Source: Blastocystis sp. Blastoise (Eukaryota; Protista; Bigyra: Opalinata). From it: DNA of 64,000 nucleotides. The stretch covers positions 434,001 to 498,000 of the forward strand of contig JBBPEB010000034.1 of NCBI GenBank assembly GCA_039096225.1, read 5' to 3'. Shown in pieces: positions 1-16,281 of the stretch. The position numbers and the translations under genes are program-made. The notes beneath the pieces were generated by a model, which saw nothing but the letters and a program-made list of their open reading frames with translations, did no database searches and was not told the DNA's origin. Numbering within the stretch: the first letter of the stretch is position 1; every line of letters starts with the position of its first letter.

Positions 1-350
1 GAATAAATGACTATGTGAAATACTATATATATTATATATAATATATAATATATAATATATTAAAAGTATACTAATAAGCCGCTATCAGTAAGATGAATCC
101 AACAATTAATAGAATAACATGATTATAAGAGAATTCTATATATATATGAAAATAATAAATATATAAAAAAAATATAATTAATAATAAAAATACCATGTGT
201 AATAGAAACATCAACGTTAACAATAAATGGTTCAGAATTTTGAATTTTGAATAAAATAGCACCAACAGGAGATATATATTGTAATTCAGCACCATTTTCG
301 TCTTTGAATGTTCTTTCATATTTTGTATCTACAGTGCCACTGTGTTTCTC
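1..350 (-). CDS. Partial multi-exon membrane-protein gene running off the left edge, possibly NEMP/TMEM194 family
   Basis: Three GT-AG-joined exons (~349-192, 134-73, 22-1) give ...SEPFIVNVDVSITHEFSYNHVILLIVGFILLIAAYYISHSHLF, a TM helix followed by a motif resembling the NEMP 'LSxSxxFYY' segment. The 5' exons are unresolved. Confidence 0.35.
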
Positions 351-925
351 TTATATCTCTATTAAAATTATATAAAAAAAGTAAATTAAGAACTATTTAA
401 GGTTAAAGAAAATAGAACTAAAATAGATTTGAGATCCTGTTCAACTTTTTTTGGATATAAGGCGTACTACCAAATGTGGCTAAACAAGAAAAACTCTGCC
501 TACCAGTGTGTGGTTTGAAGAAACAAACTTTTTTGTTTGCTCTATGTCTATTATATATATATAAACTAAGTTGTTAACAATGTTTTTGCAAACACATATT
601 AAGATTCAATATCAATAAATATAATTTCTTATGATATATCTATTATTTTGAGCAAATATTCTATGAATACAGAATTATTATGAATTCATAATAAACATAA
701 AATAATACACTTTATAAATATTTGAATACATTTATTACCATTATTTAAATTATATTTAACTACTAATGATATTTAATAATTTCAAAATATACCAATGTTT
801 TTATTTATATATAAAATTTGTAAATACGTTAATAAATATATTAAAAAATTATGAAAAAGAAATGATACATAGATAGCATAGTATAAAAAAGTAGTACAGA
901 TAAATAAAAAAAGTATTTACTCGAT

Positions 926-3900
926 TTATTTTAATTTATAAAATACATGATTCTCTTTAATAAATGCCGAATCATTCAATTGTTGTTTATATATATTCCT
1001 TTTTTCATCTGAAATATCATAATCTATATAATGTTATTAATACAAATAACTATATGTATACCCAACCAAAAAATAAATTCTTTCAATTTTGGAATCTTTC
1101 CAATAGTTATAAATTTAATAAGTTTGGATAATTGTTCTTCATCATAAATATCTATAAAACACAAAATAGTATATAAAATAATGATAAATGTACATAATTC
1201 TAAGCTTCTTATATTTTGAGTTTTATTTTCATTTATACAATCTAACAGCAATTTTATATCATATATACTCATCATTTCATCTAAACAAAAGTATAATACT
1301 TTAATAAGATATATATACTGTCTGTACTAATAATTTTATCTATAAATGAATTACTATCATATTTACATCGAGGAATAGAAGTATCAGGATTATAAGTATA
1401 AGAGGAGTCATCATATGTGTCTATAGAAATATAATATTAATGAATTTGAATAAAATCATTATTACAGACATACTATAAAAAACAATGGTACTTAATGATG
1501 GAAAGTTATTATTATGAATAAATTTAAATAACTTTTTAATAAAAGAACAAGAATATTCTTCGTTACCAGAGTAAACTATAGATATATACAATATCTAGTT
1601 TTAAAATATAATTATATAATAAAAAAAAATATGTGCAAATCATGATTTGTAATATATAATATCATGGTTATCATTATTATATACAAAACTTAATATATTT
1701 TAATTGATGGAAATTATCTGTAGTGAGTACTTGATAAAAACTATTGTCTAGTATGCCATTAATACCTAAATATATATTCATAAAAAAATCATGAAATGTA
1801 TAATAAAAAATAATAAAAATATTATATCTAAATAATATATATACTTAGATTTAATTGAGTTGTATTATGAAAGCAACCCTTGTGAACTAATCGATTTATA
1901 AAAGACATAGTACAACCTAATAAGAATAGTTTACAATAATTATATAAATTATCAAAACACATAATTATATATATAAATAATTACCTTGTATTGTAACAAT
2001 AAAAGCCTTAGGAATTAATTTCTCCATTATATTTTCATATGCAGTTAAATACTCAGATGATGAATCTTTTTTAATACGTACTATATATATATTTATATGT
2101 TTTATAATATAATATACAATTAATCGTTAATCCATGAATAGTATTAAACTTATTATTATTAAAAAGAGTTGATATCCATGTTAAATATTCTATACTTTTA
2201 TTCTTATCAACTATAGATAGTATACAAAATTGACTAATATATATATAGAAAGAATATACATGAGACATTTAATTGATTCAAGTATTGTAATACATTACTG
2301 TTTAAGAATCTTTCTAAAGAATTTCTTTTATCAACTTGATATGGATCATCAGAATATGATATGCTACCTATAAGTGAATATATATTAATATTTATATTAT
2401 GTACTAACATTATATTTATTAAATATAAATAAATACTCGTTAACGTAATATCTAGCCAATTAATATTTTGTTTACAATTTACAAAATAATCTAATTTTTT
2501 AATATTTTCAAAATCAGAATAACGAACTATATAAAATATAATATACAATATATAATAATTAAGAAAACATTATAATATATAGTCTATACTATAAAGATAA
2601 TCAAATGAAATAAGATTTTTCTCTAATAATACATTTAGATATGGAAAAGTATAAATCCAATAACCTATAAAAAAGCAAATAAAAATTATTAATAATATAT
2701 ATTATATAATAATCATAAATATATTTATATAATACTTTTACAAACATCATTTATATCGATATGAATTGAGTAAGTACACGCTAAATCAACTAAATCAACT
2801 ATTTCCTTATTCACCAAGAAATTATCATGTATATGAATGGTATCAATGATAGATATTAAATTCTCTGGAAATATAGACTTGAAATTGTCAGTATCTAAAT
2901 TAAGAATAATAAGTTATTTATTAATAAATTAATATACTCATTCTACATCTGTAATTGATAATATGTAATTTTGGGAAACATTCTTTCTTTAGTAAAGATA
3001 ATTGGAAACGTTCTACATATATAAATAATATTTATTCTATTATTATATATACCATAATTATAATCATATATGAGTTCAATAACATTTGGAAATACATGAC
3101 TTGTAATTAATTTGTAAAATAGATTATAATCAATTTCATTTGTCAATTTTTTAACTAAATAGAATAATAATGATAATAATAATATTTTAGAAAATACTCG
3201 ATTCAACATTTAATACAGTTAAAGAATCAAAAACACCTTTTTCAAATAATTTCATAATAACTCTAGCCTGAGATTTTAAATATCTGACTAGAATAAAGTA
3301 TTTAGTTTATTATATATATATATATATCTACATTTATCTAAAATGATTTTTGAAATAGAACAATATGAAGAAAGACTTAATAATTGTGACATACCATATT
3401 CTGAAGATATTTTATCAATACTATTTTACATATTAGATAAATGTATAAACATATAATACTATATACAATAATTTTTTATCATTTGTTTTATCTATATATA
3501 TATAATAATAAATTATATGATTTTATATATATATACCATCATATTTTATACTGACTTCATCATCTAATGTATATTCATCTTCTGTTTTACTTATTTCTAA
3601 CTTTGAATAATCTTTTGTATATATAGCTTCATTAACTATATATTTATATAATTTAGGTAATTCATTCTTTTCTCTTTTTTTATTATAAGAATCAATCAAA
3701 TCATGTGAATAATAGATTTTATTAAGATCTAAAGAAGAAATCTTATTATATTCATTCATTTCTGATTCAGTGTAATACTCATATTTTATAGATTTATTTT
3801 TTTTATAGTTAGATTCATTAAATAAGTGAATATATTCCCTTATATATTCATCAGTGTTTGGATTTAATAATAGTTCAGTTTTTTTATAATTTGTAGTTAC

Positions 3901-4055
3901 TATATAGTAAAAAAATAAATATATATATATTATATATACCAATTATCTTTAATTCTTCTAATGAAGGGAATATCTCTTTAATATATTTTGGACATATATA
4001 TTCTAATGGAATGTTCGATGCATAATCATCTATATATATAGTGGTATTTTCTTAT

Positions 4056-4116
<61 letters not shown>

Positions 4117-4740
4117 TCAATCTCCACTTCAATAACATTCATCATTTTAAAAAGTAATGAATAATATAATAAATCATCTTTTTGTTGTTGACTAAATAAT
4201 CCTAATAAATAATATATTATTTTGAAAATATTATATAATTACTTTGTATATATATTTTTTTAACATTTGAACTAAATAAAATCATAGGAATTTGTAGCTT
4301 ATTCTCGTCATCAAAATAGTCATATACATCATATGAATTTTCTTTTAAATAATTAGCAAATAGCTGCTTAACATGAAACAATAAATCACTTTGCTGTTCA
4401 TTACTAATCACAGCAGGATATTCAACAAGCGTACAATAAATATCATAACTATCTCGCAGATTTAAAGAAGAAATATCCATGTTTTTGTCCATCAAAAAAG
4501 AAATCACTTTTTCAATATGAAAAGGAAGTATATCTAAATAATAACTACCATCCTCATATTTCTCAGAGTGTTCTATAATATCATAAAACGGTAATTGCTG
4601 ATATTTCTCAATAAATTCTTTAGAAATCCATAATTTCGTTTCATCTTGAAATGAAAATAAATCTAGAAAAGCAAATAAATATTTCTTAGTGATATTTAAA
4701 TACATTTATTATCAGTTAAATGAAAATTGGTGTCTGACAT
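926..4740 (-). CDS. Multi-exon BTB/POZ-like + degenerate LRR-like protein (lineage-expanded family)
   Basis: ATG 4740, short intron, then YLFSFQDETKLWISKEFIEKYQQLPFYDIIEHSEKYEDGSYYLD (BTB-like). Later exons carry FPxLxxL-type motifs (IFPSLEELKI, GKIPKLKEF). Last exon ends HVFYKLK* at 926. Confidence 0.65.
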
Positions 4741-6271
4741 GACTCACTTTCAACTAAAATGATAAAATAATAATATACTCTTATGCTTAAAAGATACCTT
4801 TTATATGAATAATTAATAAATACTTAAAAATATGTTGTAATCAATAACATATACGATGATTCATTGAGATAAGCAAAGCATAAAACTTGCAACTTTTTTT
4901 GAATATTTTTCCTGAAAAAAAAAGAAAATTGAACTATTTTCTTATAAATATCCATGATTCTTTTTCAGTCATTTTTAGATCTTTTTCTATAATTTTTTTC
5001 AGAAACAACTCATTATTCATTATTTCCGCCTTATTATTCATTATTTTTGAAAATAAAAATTCAATATATGCTTATGTTCAAGTCTTGAATGTATATTTAC
5101 ATTATACTATCAAAAAGAGTACTAATTATATTTATTAAATTATCAAAATAGAGTAAATTCTTATCGGTGATATCAAAATAATATGGTTAGATATAGCAAA
5201 TATCAAATAATTACAAATTATTCATTTTTAAATTCAAATTGAGATAGATGATCACACTTTTATGTTTATCTATTCATTTAAACGTCTTTAAAAGTTGGAT
5301 TATGAATCTATGTTTATGGAAAATATATTACTAGATCTGAATTCTTCTATTCTGAAATGAAATCACATTAAAATAATATACTTTCTTCAATAAACTTCTT
5401 ATGATGTTCAAAATTATTGCTACATATGTCTATCAAAGTTACAATCATTTTAAGCATTATTCAAGCATAAATTAGTATATATTAATTGAGCTATATGAGA
5501 AATAATATCTTTTATTTATACTTTTATTAAATAAAATATCATTAAATGTACTTATTATATATTTAAATATAAATAACATGAAAAAAGGGAACCTACTATA
5601 TTCTTTATATTTTATTTTTATTAAATTTTGTCAATAACAATTCATATTAAAGTATTCTTAATATTTTACTATTTTTTTATTGTTTCCATTTCTTATATAT
5701 ATATCCATCAAATCTATTGACTATTCTATGATTATCAATATGATTTATAAATAAAACTATATTCTCTATGTTATCATAATAAAAATGAAACTCTTAACTA
5801 GTTGAACTATCACTAAATAATTTATTAAGTATTATTCTATTTATAATATAATCATATAATCATTATTTTTACTAGTTGTATATATATATCCATTCCCATT
5901 TTATTTAATAATATTTTCTTTGATAAATATCATAATAATACATAAGAAAAAAATGTTTTTTTGGCATTAAAAAGTCTCTCATAGTATTTATACATATATT
6001 ATACATAATCCTAAGTTTCATTATAATAGGTTTTGAATTAACAAGAGAAGTTTTTAATAAAAATGATCTAAAAATATTTTACACTGAATATTATCAATGA
6101 TTAACTTTTTAAAAACAAAACTCACGCATAATATTATTAAATAAATAAATGCAGAAATAAATACTAATACAATAAATATATAATAAAAATATATATAGAT
6201 AATCAAAAATATATAAACACATAAAAATTTAAAACAAAAAATAAACAATTAAAATTTAATAAACATAAGAA

Positions 6272-9200
6272 TTACACAGATTTTAATACTTGAGTATACT
6301 CATTAATAAGAATATCATCAAACATATCTTCCATTTTTTGTCGAATAGTACCACTAGTACCATTACTTTGAGAATCTACTAAAAAGTCTTCATCAAATAT
6401 ATAATTATTACCTTCAACTCTTCTACCATCAAAAACATTATTATCAATTTCTTCTCTTAATTTATTTGCACTTAATAATATTTTATTACTTTTAATAGGC
6501 ATAAAATGTACTTTAACATTACGTTTAACAATAATATCACATATTTTATGATACTGTTCATTCAAATCAATTCCATTAAAGGGATATACTAATTTACATT
6601 TTGGTAATAAATTATGCATAGGATCTCCACCACATAATAATAATATATGAGTATAACCAGGTAATTTATCAATTTCTTTTAATGCTTCTATTAAACCACC
6701 ATTCACGTCTTTACAATTTGAACAACAACCATTACAAAAACCATTTCCTGTTCTTTTTTTATTATTTAAAAAGTCATCAGAGAAATCATTTGGTTTACTC
6801 ATTCCACTTGAAAGAATTGATAATTGATCATCATAATTACTATATTGAACAACTTGATAACGAATAGAAGCATTATTCTTTCCCAAAATTTCATTACGTC
6901 TTTCATCTAATTTCTTTAATACATTGCCAAAGAATTGTTTTGTACTATCATAATACTGATGTTGATTACCAGATGTGCATATAACAATAGATACAACTAA
7001 ATTTGTAGGTGATTTTATATCTCTCCTTTCACATTCTTCTGTCTTTATATCTTGATCTGTAAAAGAAGACATATCTACTTTAGTATAATAATCAGGTATT
7101 TGTTCATTACTAAGATCAGCTGCATGAGATTCATTAGTTTCATTCAAATAATCATCAAAACTAAGTGACCAAATAACTGCATTACTTATCCAACGAGCAG
7201 TACCATCACTTGACCAATCACTATATAACTTACTAGCTGCTGTATCTATTACTATTCTACCATAATTCTGATATGCATCTTTTATCATTACAGCAGCATG
7301 ACCATTTTGTTCTCTTGCAAATGTTTTAAAACCACAATTAACTAATTCATCTTCATCAATATTTGCTAATGTTACACCTTCAAATATTTTATTTAAACCA
7401 TAATTAATAGGTAATCTACATTCTTTATTAAACAAATCTTCACCAATAGGAACAAATTGACCATAACCTGGATCTTTATCATCATCTACTTCATCTATCT
7501 TCTTCTCATAAATCCAACCACGTCCATCTATCTTCTCTTCAGTATCACATAATTCACTTATATGATAAGGACCATCTTCATAATTAAAGAATTTACAAGC
7601 TTCAAAATCTAATGGAGAATTCTCTAACATAAACATAATACCACCACGATGAGCATGGAATATATGTAAACATTTTATAAAACTATTCAAATAATTAAAA
7701 TCACCTTGATGTTCTGGATCTCCTAAAACACCATCACCAGGACTACATGTAATAACTACACTTCTATATTTACCTGATCTTAATCGATCCATAGCATCAA
7801 AATAATCATATACTATATCTACTTTAAATCCTTTCACTTTTAATTTAGCTACAGGTCCTTTCTTTAAATTATCAACAGTAACATCAGGATCAACTTGATT
7901 TCCTTGTTCATCTATATTATTAGGTCTAGCAGTATATAAAACAACAAATAATACATTAAATTGATCAAAAGCACCATCTCTACCTAAATCATCACTTGAA
8001 TCATCAAAATTTTCATCCTTCTCTAATTTAACAATTCTATAATTATTATTATTACCAGAATAAAAATCTAAAAACTTAGCACGTCGTTGATATTCACCAA
8101 ATTCATCAATAATTCTCTTTATATCTGCTGGATGGAAAACATCATTGAATTTATTTTCTAATAAATTTTCATAATATATAGTATCACACATATAATTACA
8201 TATAGTATTAGGATTAGTAGTAGGTGTATGCATATTCTCTAAAGCAGTAGGAAGTTGATGTATATCACTACACCATATAAAAGAAGGGAAAATATTCTCA
8301 TAATCTACTATACTATATCCAATACCTATTCCTATAAAAGAAGTTTCACTACTTATAATCACATTCTTAATTTCTTTACGAGCTATTTCACAAGAAATAC
8401 CATCAGTAAATACAAATTCCATACTTGAATAAGGACGACTATTACATACAGAAGTAGCTTGTTTTATTACTTGATCAATACATGTAGAAGGAGTAGGAGA
8501 AGAGAAATGTTGAAATAAAGAAGAAAGAATTGTATATGTCCAAATTTCATAAGATTGTAAACCTGTTCCAATACAATAACATTTATCTTTTGCTATCCAT
8601 ATATCTACAGCTGATACAGATAATTCACTTAAACATCTTATAAATAATAATATAGTATGAATTGAATGACGAATATTTAATATATTAAAAGAAGAACATT
8701 TACAATCTATTATTATACTAATAGAATAAGCACGAATCTTACCTCCTGACTTCTTCTTAAATAATTTACCATTACCTGTTTTAGTTATCAAGAAATTAAT
8801 ATAATTTCTTAAATGAATTGATGTACCTGTAACAGAAGCAATCCAAGAAGTAGCTTTATTTGGAGGAATTATAGAATTATTCATAGAATCATATATTAAT
8901 TCCTTACTAATAATACTACTCATTTGATTCAATATTAATTTATTTCCTCCATTAGGAACATGTTCTAAATCTGTTTGAGCAACAGAAGGAAGAATAATAG
9001 TTTCTCCTGTTTTTTGGAATAAACTAACTACATAAGGCATATCATAACATTTGTCAAGTTCTGATAAATGAGATATCTTATCATCCTTTATATCTTGTAG
9101 AGGAATAGATAATATAGATAATAAATCGATTTCTTTAGAATTCACACTATTTTGACTTGGATATACTACTTCTAATATATCTTTATTTGATTCAAGTAAT

Positions 9201-11391
9201 TCAGATGAATAAAACATATTTAACAATGAATCAGAAAGTGGTTGAGAACGTAAAGAAGCTATGTTTGATACATTCATCATATTCTCTTTAAAATTGTTCT
9301 TTAATTGATCATTCATTTCATTCAAAAGTACTTCAGGAAGTCTTTCATCTTGTATTAAGCCATCAGATTGTATATGGAATAAAAATAAATGTTGAAGATG
9401 ATTTGTAAAGAAACTAGTAATTTCAGGTAAATCACTTAATAATTGTTCAGAATAACCATCAGATAATATAAAGAATGATTGACTTAGAAGATCTTTAGAA
9501 GGTTGTTCAAAAGCAAATAAATCTAATGGTGTTGAAGGTATCTTTTTCACTTTTTCTAAATCATAAATAATAGAAATCTTTTCATATAAATTATCTTTTG
9601 TTGGTATTAATTTAAATGCCTGTGAACGACCTCCTGTACAATATAGAGAAGTTGGTATACCTAAACAATCACAAATAAGTAATAATAAACAACCTATAGT
9701 ACTTCTTAATCTTGATTTATTCACTTTATGACTAAAATTCACATCACATATCAAATTCACTCGAGGAATATATTTATTCTCTCTCTTTTCACTCTTACGT
9801 ATACTATTCACATAATATGATAATATACCTTTATAATTAACCAATATAAAATCTATAAGATTTTGATTTCTATTAATAGCTTCTATATTAATTTGTTTCA
9901 AACGATCTTCATTTGATGATGTTATTTTAACTAAATCTAATATATTCTTTCGAGACATTACATCTTTAAATAAATTAGATAAAGACATAGATCTAAACTC
10001 TTGTAAAATCTTTTTAATATCTTTTATCTTAATTTTAATTTCTTTAGGATCATCTTTTGAAAACAATTGCTTAATTGAGTCTTGTGTTTCTTCAGGTGTA
10101 CTATTAATAGTATTATCACATAACAAATCACCTATATTTATATAGGATTCTCTTATTTTACAAATCTCTTTAAATTTACTTAGACTATTTTCTATTTCTT
10201 CATCTAATTCTTTAAATAAAGACATATATTGTTTAATTTTATTCTGTTGAATTGAAAGAGAATTAGAAGCTTCAAAAGAAAGTTGATATAATTCTTTTGC
10301 TTTTGAATGATCATTAGTAACATCTTGATAATAATCATCTAATGCTTCACATTTCTTCTTTATATCAAATAATTCTTTCAAAAATAAATCTATATTCTCA
10401 TCAGCAACTTCTTCAAGCTTTGAAGAGAAATATGAAGAAGGATCTGCAGGACGATGAGGTATAGTATTATCTATATATATATATAATAGTTTTGACTTAT
10501 TGAATAGATTATAGTAAACTGCTATTTAAATAAATCAAATAATTATGTATTTACAAATTATTATTGGATAGAAAGTAATATATAATAATATTTCTTTTTA
10601 AATACAAAAAATTACTTAATATATATATATATATATACCTAAAGTTAGAGATGATAAAGATGTGGACAAGGAGAACGATCTTTCATCTATATATATTATA
10701 TAATTTAATAATAATAAATATTTTTCTAAATAATGTAAAAAAGCTTTTAATATCTAACAAAATAATAAAATAATTGAAAATATACCTTAAAAAGCAATAC
10801 AAATTTGACATGTATTGCTTCTTGTGGAGTACATTGACTTTCATCAACTACATGATTATACCACTCTAATTGTATAATATATCCTGATCCATGTTCCAAA
10901 GAAAGAGAAGCAATCTATAGAAAAAAATATAAATATTTGTATATAAGAATATATAATTATAGTTAAATAGCTATAATAACTAATATTAAAATAAGAATTA
11001 TTAATATACACATTGTTTATCAGATTCGCTCTGTTTTGACATTGATTTCATTGGATAAAGTTCTTGAATTTGAGGATTCGTATTTAGAAAAGTTTCTTGA
11101 CTAGTATCTAAAACAATATAAATCGGTTCTTTTAATTGTAGCAATTCTTGCATAATAGAATCTTTGTTGATCGATGGTGAACCAGATGCATCAATACTAT
11201 AATCGAGTTGAAATTCTTCGGGAGTCCAGTTCTATATTGTTAGATTATGAGAATATTTATAAACAGAAAAATACCATGTATCTTGATAAAAACATCGTAG
11301 CTGTTTCATTGTTCGCAACGTTGGTTAATGCATATTCATATTGTGTTGTTTCACAGTTACACGTAAATTGGTATGCAACTTGAGGATTCAT
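6272..11391 (-). CDS. Large multi-vWA-domain protein (midasin/CobT-like vWA, GATase-like middle domain, C-terminal vWA)
   Basis: Single ~4.2-kb exon 6272-10470 holds the 1369-aa ORF. PPNKATSW..GTSIHLRNYINFL..GKLFKKKSGGKIRAYSISIIID resembles the midasin C-terminal region, and there are vWA-type FILSDG and FVFTDG strands. Small 5' exons start at ATG 11391; the phase of one 5' junction is unresolved. Confidence 0.7.
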
Positions 11392-14172
11392 TCACACAAA
11401 AAAATATACAATAAAAATAAATATGATTCAATAAACAATTTTATAAAAAAAAAAATTGGCTGTTTTCTAGTAGATATAAGCAACTGAAAATTCGAGTATT
11501 TTCTTTGGTGTCTATGACGCGCTTTTATCCTATAAGAATATTTGATTAATAAAATAATATTATTATCTAATCAATTCGTCTAAATCATAAAAAATAACTT
11601 ATATGGTCTCTTTGACTGTAGAATTTATACAAATGTAGTAATAGTTACTATTAAAAGACCACGACAAAATACCAATAAAAACTCACTATTATTTGTTTTT
11701 TATGTTTGTGTTATCGTCGACAGAATTATGAAGAGAATATTTACAAGCAGATCATATCAGATAAAGAAAAGAGATAATTCTATATTCTTTTAGACACAAA
11801 CCAACTAACTTGAGACATTTCCCACTTTAGACACAATTTGACGAAGTTATTATATTTCAGCTAGATTCCATATTGGGGGTGCATAGAATGGCTCTAAATT
11901 TAAGGAACCATAGATTTTATTATATTCAGATATTTTATTATTTCTAGTAAATATCATTGACATTATATTATTATTGATTTTGATCCACAGGATAATCATT
12001 TGCCTAAAGCACTTCATCTAGCTAATCTAAAGTACATTAATAGCAAGAATATTTAATATAATCAAGAAAAGCATAATAATAGTTTTGTTCTTTGTGCAGA
12101 TCACATTATAAGGCATTCAGAGAGTTGAAATTACTTGAAAATCTTCTATATAAAATATAAAAATTTTCAATTGAAAGAGTAATCTGTATGAAAGCAGATA
12201 TATTCATGTAAAACCATTATGTATTTCATTATTCTCATCAATGACTTTGAATTCAAACAAGGGAAAGAACCTTATGGAAGGAATAACTAGTTTTAAATGA
12301 TCAAACAAAAGAAATGGAATTATCACGGAGATCTGTTTGAATTGAGTCAGATTTTGAGAATTTTCTAAACATAAAAAATATCTTTAACTTTTTGTTTATT
12401 TATGTAGATTCTGCTTAATACAGTTTTATAATAATTAGATGCATTAAATTAAAATATAAGAATTGCTTTAAAAAAGGATGATGCGTTTAAATGAAACCTC
12501 AGAGAACAATTATAACGAAACTATTACGTATTTCCTTATTTAACTTATATTTATATATTATAACATATATGAAGTGTGTTCTCATATGTATTTTAATAAG
12601 AAATTTAAACAAATGGATGAATGCGTTACTAATTAACATTTATGTCTTTGATGACGTTCTATTTACAAAAGCAATCTATATTTCTTCATTTATACAAGTG
12701 TTTATACTTATATCCATTACATATTCTCTATTAAATTGCTTTTTATTATGTTTTCAAAATAAACTCTTATGTTTTTCTTATTTTATATGAAATTATTGGT
12801 CTATACTAGTTACTCTTAGCGTTAAAGGTTCTTGAAAGACCTGATACACAAAGAAATACATATTTAATTCTACTTTTATTCTTAGTAATTTTTCAACTTT
12901 TTGAATCCTATATATCTTTTTTATATTTATTATTATTTAGTTTTTCATAGTAATTACTCTGTGTCCATATTTTATAAATTATCTTTAATTTTAATTACTA
13001 TTTTTTTCCTCTTTATCAAAATTGTTCCTAAGGACGAATATGTCTTTCACAAAAGTATGAATTATTACATATCTTCAAATAGAATTATTCAAAAACATTT
13101 TATGAATGTATTATATAAATATAGTTCCTTAAATATATTAAATGTAGTTAAATGGCAATCAATAAATTATATATTATAATAGAATATTAAAAAAAAATCA
13201 AAAGATAAAAATAAAAGAAACTTTTAATCTTACATTTTCTTTTTGATATTTTATTCTAGTGTTCATAACATTCTTTTTAACAGAGTATTTTATATGGTTG
13301 ATTGATAAGACTATTCATATTATTATCTCAACTTTAAATTTTATTCAGAATATCTGTTTTAATTGGAAAATTGCTATCTCTAGTTATATAACAAAACTAG
13401 TAGTTATTATAGTATTATATAGATATATTATCCTTTATTTCAACATATGAAAACTTTTTGATTTTATTTATTATATAAACATGTTTCTTTAATAGAACAC
13501 GTTCTTTTATTTTAGTAATATTTAAATTCTTATTTTTTTTTCTATTTATTTAGAAACGTTTTACGTTGATAAGATGATATAGCACCATATATAGTATATT
13601 GTTCCAGTATTCCATTATTTATATAATTCTCCCAAGTTATACTAATGTGTAATGTTTTATTTTTACATTAATTGAAAAAAACAATCATCAAAATTATGCA
13701 CATTGAAAATAATTGTTCATATATACTATATTATTACTACATACAAGATAGTGTTGTTATAATATATATGAAACAAAAAAAGCAAAACAAGTTGTCCTCA
13801 ATTCTCTACTGAATACTGTAAATAGTATTTTATTTGTATTATCATCTTTATAATACTCTTTTTTTAAGATATATTCTCGTTTTTTAATGTCAATAATTTT
13901 TATGATTAATATCTTTATCATTATTATCAAGTAAACATTGTATTGATTAATTCTCTAAACTAGTTATATAAAAATATAAGTATTTTCACTTTTTCTATAG
14001 ATTATAGAATGATTAATAAAAAGAATTAAAAAAATATTTATTATCCAAGTATTAAAAGTATATATACAAAAATAAAAGATATATCTATAATTTCATGAAA
14101 ACAAAAAAGGAAATCAATATATATATGGTATAAACACAAGTATAAGATAACAATTAATTTGATATATATTAT

Positions 14173-15739
14173 TTATGTTCTTCCCCATACTTCATAATCC
14201 TCTACTATAAAATAATTAGACCTATTAGCATCATCAGTATTGACAAATAAAGATGATTTTTGAGGAGTATTCACTACATCATAATATTCTGCATCACAAA
14301 AAGACTCTTTATCATTATGGCATTCATCTGATATTCCAATGTCGCCAACACGTCCAAATATAGGGCCACCCCACAAAACAGATTCTATACCATATTTCTC
14401 TTCACTACCAACATAATCATATTTTGTAGGTGGAATATTATGCTCATTACTTAATGCAAATAAAAACTCTTTTGAATGAAGTTTATATACTATAACATGA
14501 ACAATCCCAATTTTGATCTGTATATCCTCCAAATATATTTTCATGTTTTCTATGACCTATATGTTTAATTAAAATTACTGTTTCTCCTTGTTTATCACAA
14601 TAATCATGAAATTCTTTGGAAGAATAATTATGTTCACTTGCTCTATATATAATATTAAAATAATTATAACTATAAAATAATTAACAATAAAAATATATAT
14701 AAATATATAAATAATAATTTCCATTTCTTTTCGTTACCAAGCCAATTCACTAATGGCTTCTCAAGTTCTCGATTAATAATAGTCGATTCTTTGAACCATC
14801 TTCCCATTATTGCTTCTCTCGCTTCTTCTTTTCCTTGATCACTAAATAAATCAATCATTTCTTTCTCAAATAAATCTTGTTTAATAGTACTAATCTTATC
14901 TTCTTCTATATCTATAATTTTATTCTTTATATATTCATTAATATATTCAATATATTCATATATCTTATCTATATATAAATTATCATCTATATGATTATAA
15001 TCAGCAAATCCATTATTATAATTCATTATATAATTCTTCCATAATCCATTCTTTACTAAATAATCTTTTATAATCTTATCTTTATTTCCATTAATAATCA
15101 ATTCTATTTCTTCTTCTTTTTCTATTTTCTTCTTCTTTGTATCTCTTCTTTCGTTGCGATTGATTAATTCTATTGGTAATATTAATCCACAATATTCAAA
15201 TAAATCTAATATTTCTAATTGTTCTTCATAAGAAAAACTATCAAAATCTTTTTTTTTCCATTCAAATAATCTAATAAATAATAAGCAGAAGCTTCATTTC
15301 CTCTATAATCTAGATATATATTACCATCAATATCTCTTGATTCTTCTGAAGACGCTTCATATATATATGAGTAAGGAATTGATTGAATAATACTCTTTGA
15401 TATTTGAAATAAAGAACCACTATTTGTGAAACGAATAAAATCTTCATCATTATCCTTTTTTCTATAATAATTACCATTTTTAGTAACACTATCTCGACTA
15501 ATCTCATCAAGAATATTTGACGAAATCGAAGACTCATTGATTTGATCATCTCTTTTTGTTTCATAATAATCACGAAAAATGTTCAGAATGCTCTTAATCA
15601 ACGTATCGGAATGAATATAAAGTTTTGATATTGACGAACAACAATCAACAAAAGAATGTAACAGTTTTCCACGTATAACTATATCTTCTTCTAGTTGCCT
15701 GAGACAATCTGTATTTATATTTATTTGTTCCATCAACAT
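14173..15739 (-). pseudogene. BTB/POZ + TLDc domain gene, disrupted
   Basis: BTB (FIRFTNSGSLFQISKSII..GNIYLDYRG) and TLDc (WKLLF/RASEH..FHDYCD..IFGGYT..W..EFLF..GPIFG..VEDYEVW) motifs. Frameshift in the A-run at ~15250, no GT donor after WKLLF (~14710), second frameshift at ~14490. Confidence 0.7.
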
Positions 15740-16281
15740 TTTAAGCGAATATTGTGAAAATATAGCAATTAAAAATTTTAAAAAATTTTGAAAAGGAATT
15801 TTTACACAGTAGGTGTCCCAAGTGTTTTTAAAAAAATATTTTATCAAAAGAAAGTCAAATAATTATATGAAATTCGTTAAATAACTGTATTGATATTCAT
15901 TTTTTGTGGTTTTTATAATTATTAGAGTATTAATTATATTCATTTATAGAAGCTTTATAGACATGCTATACATATATAAAACGAATAAAATATATAAAGT
16001 ATATATATATATCCTCAAAAAATATAAAATCAATATTGACCTAAATTATTTAATATATAGATATAGAATATATTCATTTTATCCTATTACATCTAAGAAT
16101 TCTATATAAAGTCAAATATGAATAACAGTAGCATAAATATCTTATACACAATATATATATATATATAACAATAAAAAAAAATAGCATAAAACAAACAAAC
16201 AAAAAATAATACACATAAAATAACAACTATAGCTTTTCATACTGAATAGATCACTTTGTTTACAATTATTAACCAAGTTAT

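Noticed and set aside
11500-12480. Possible gene remnants upstream of the vWA gene
   Set aside because: Frames are interrupted by many stops and no family was recognisable.
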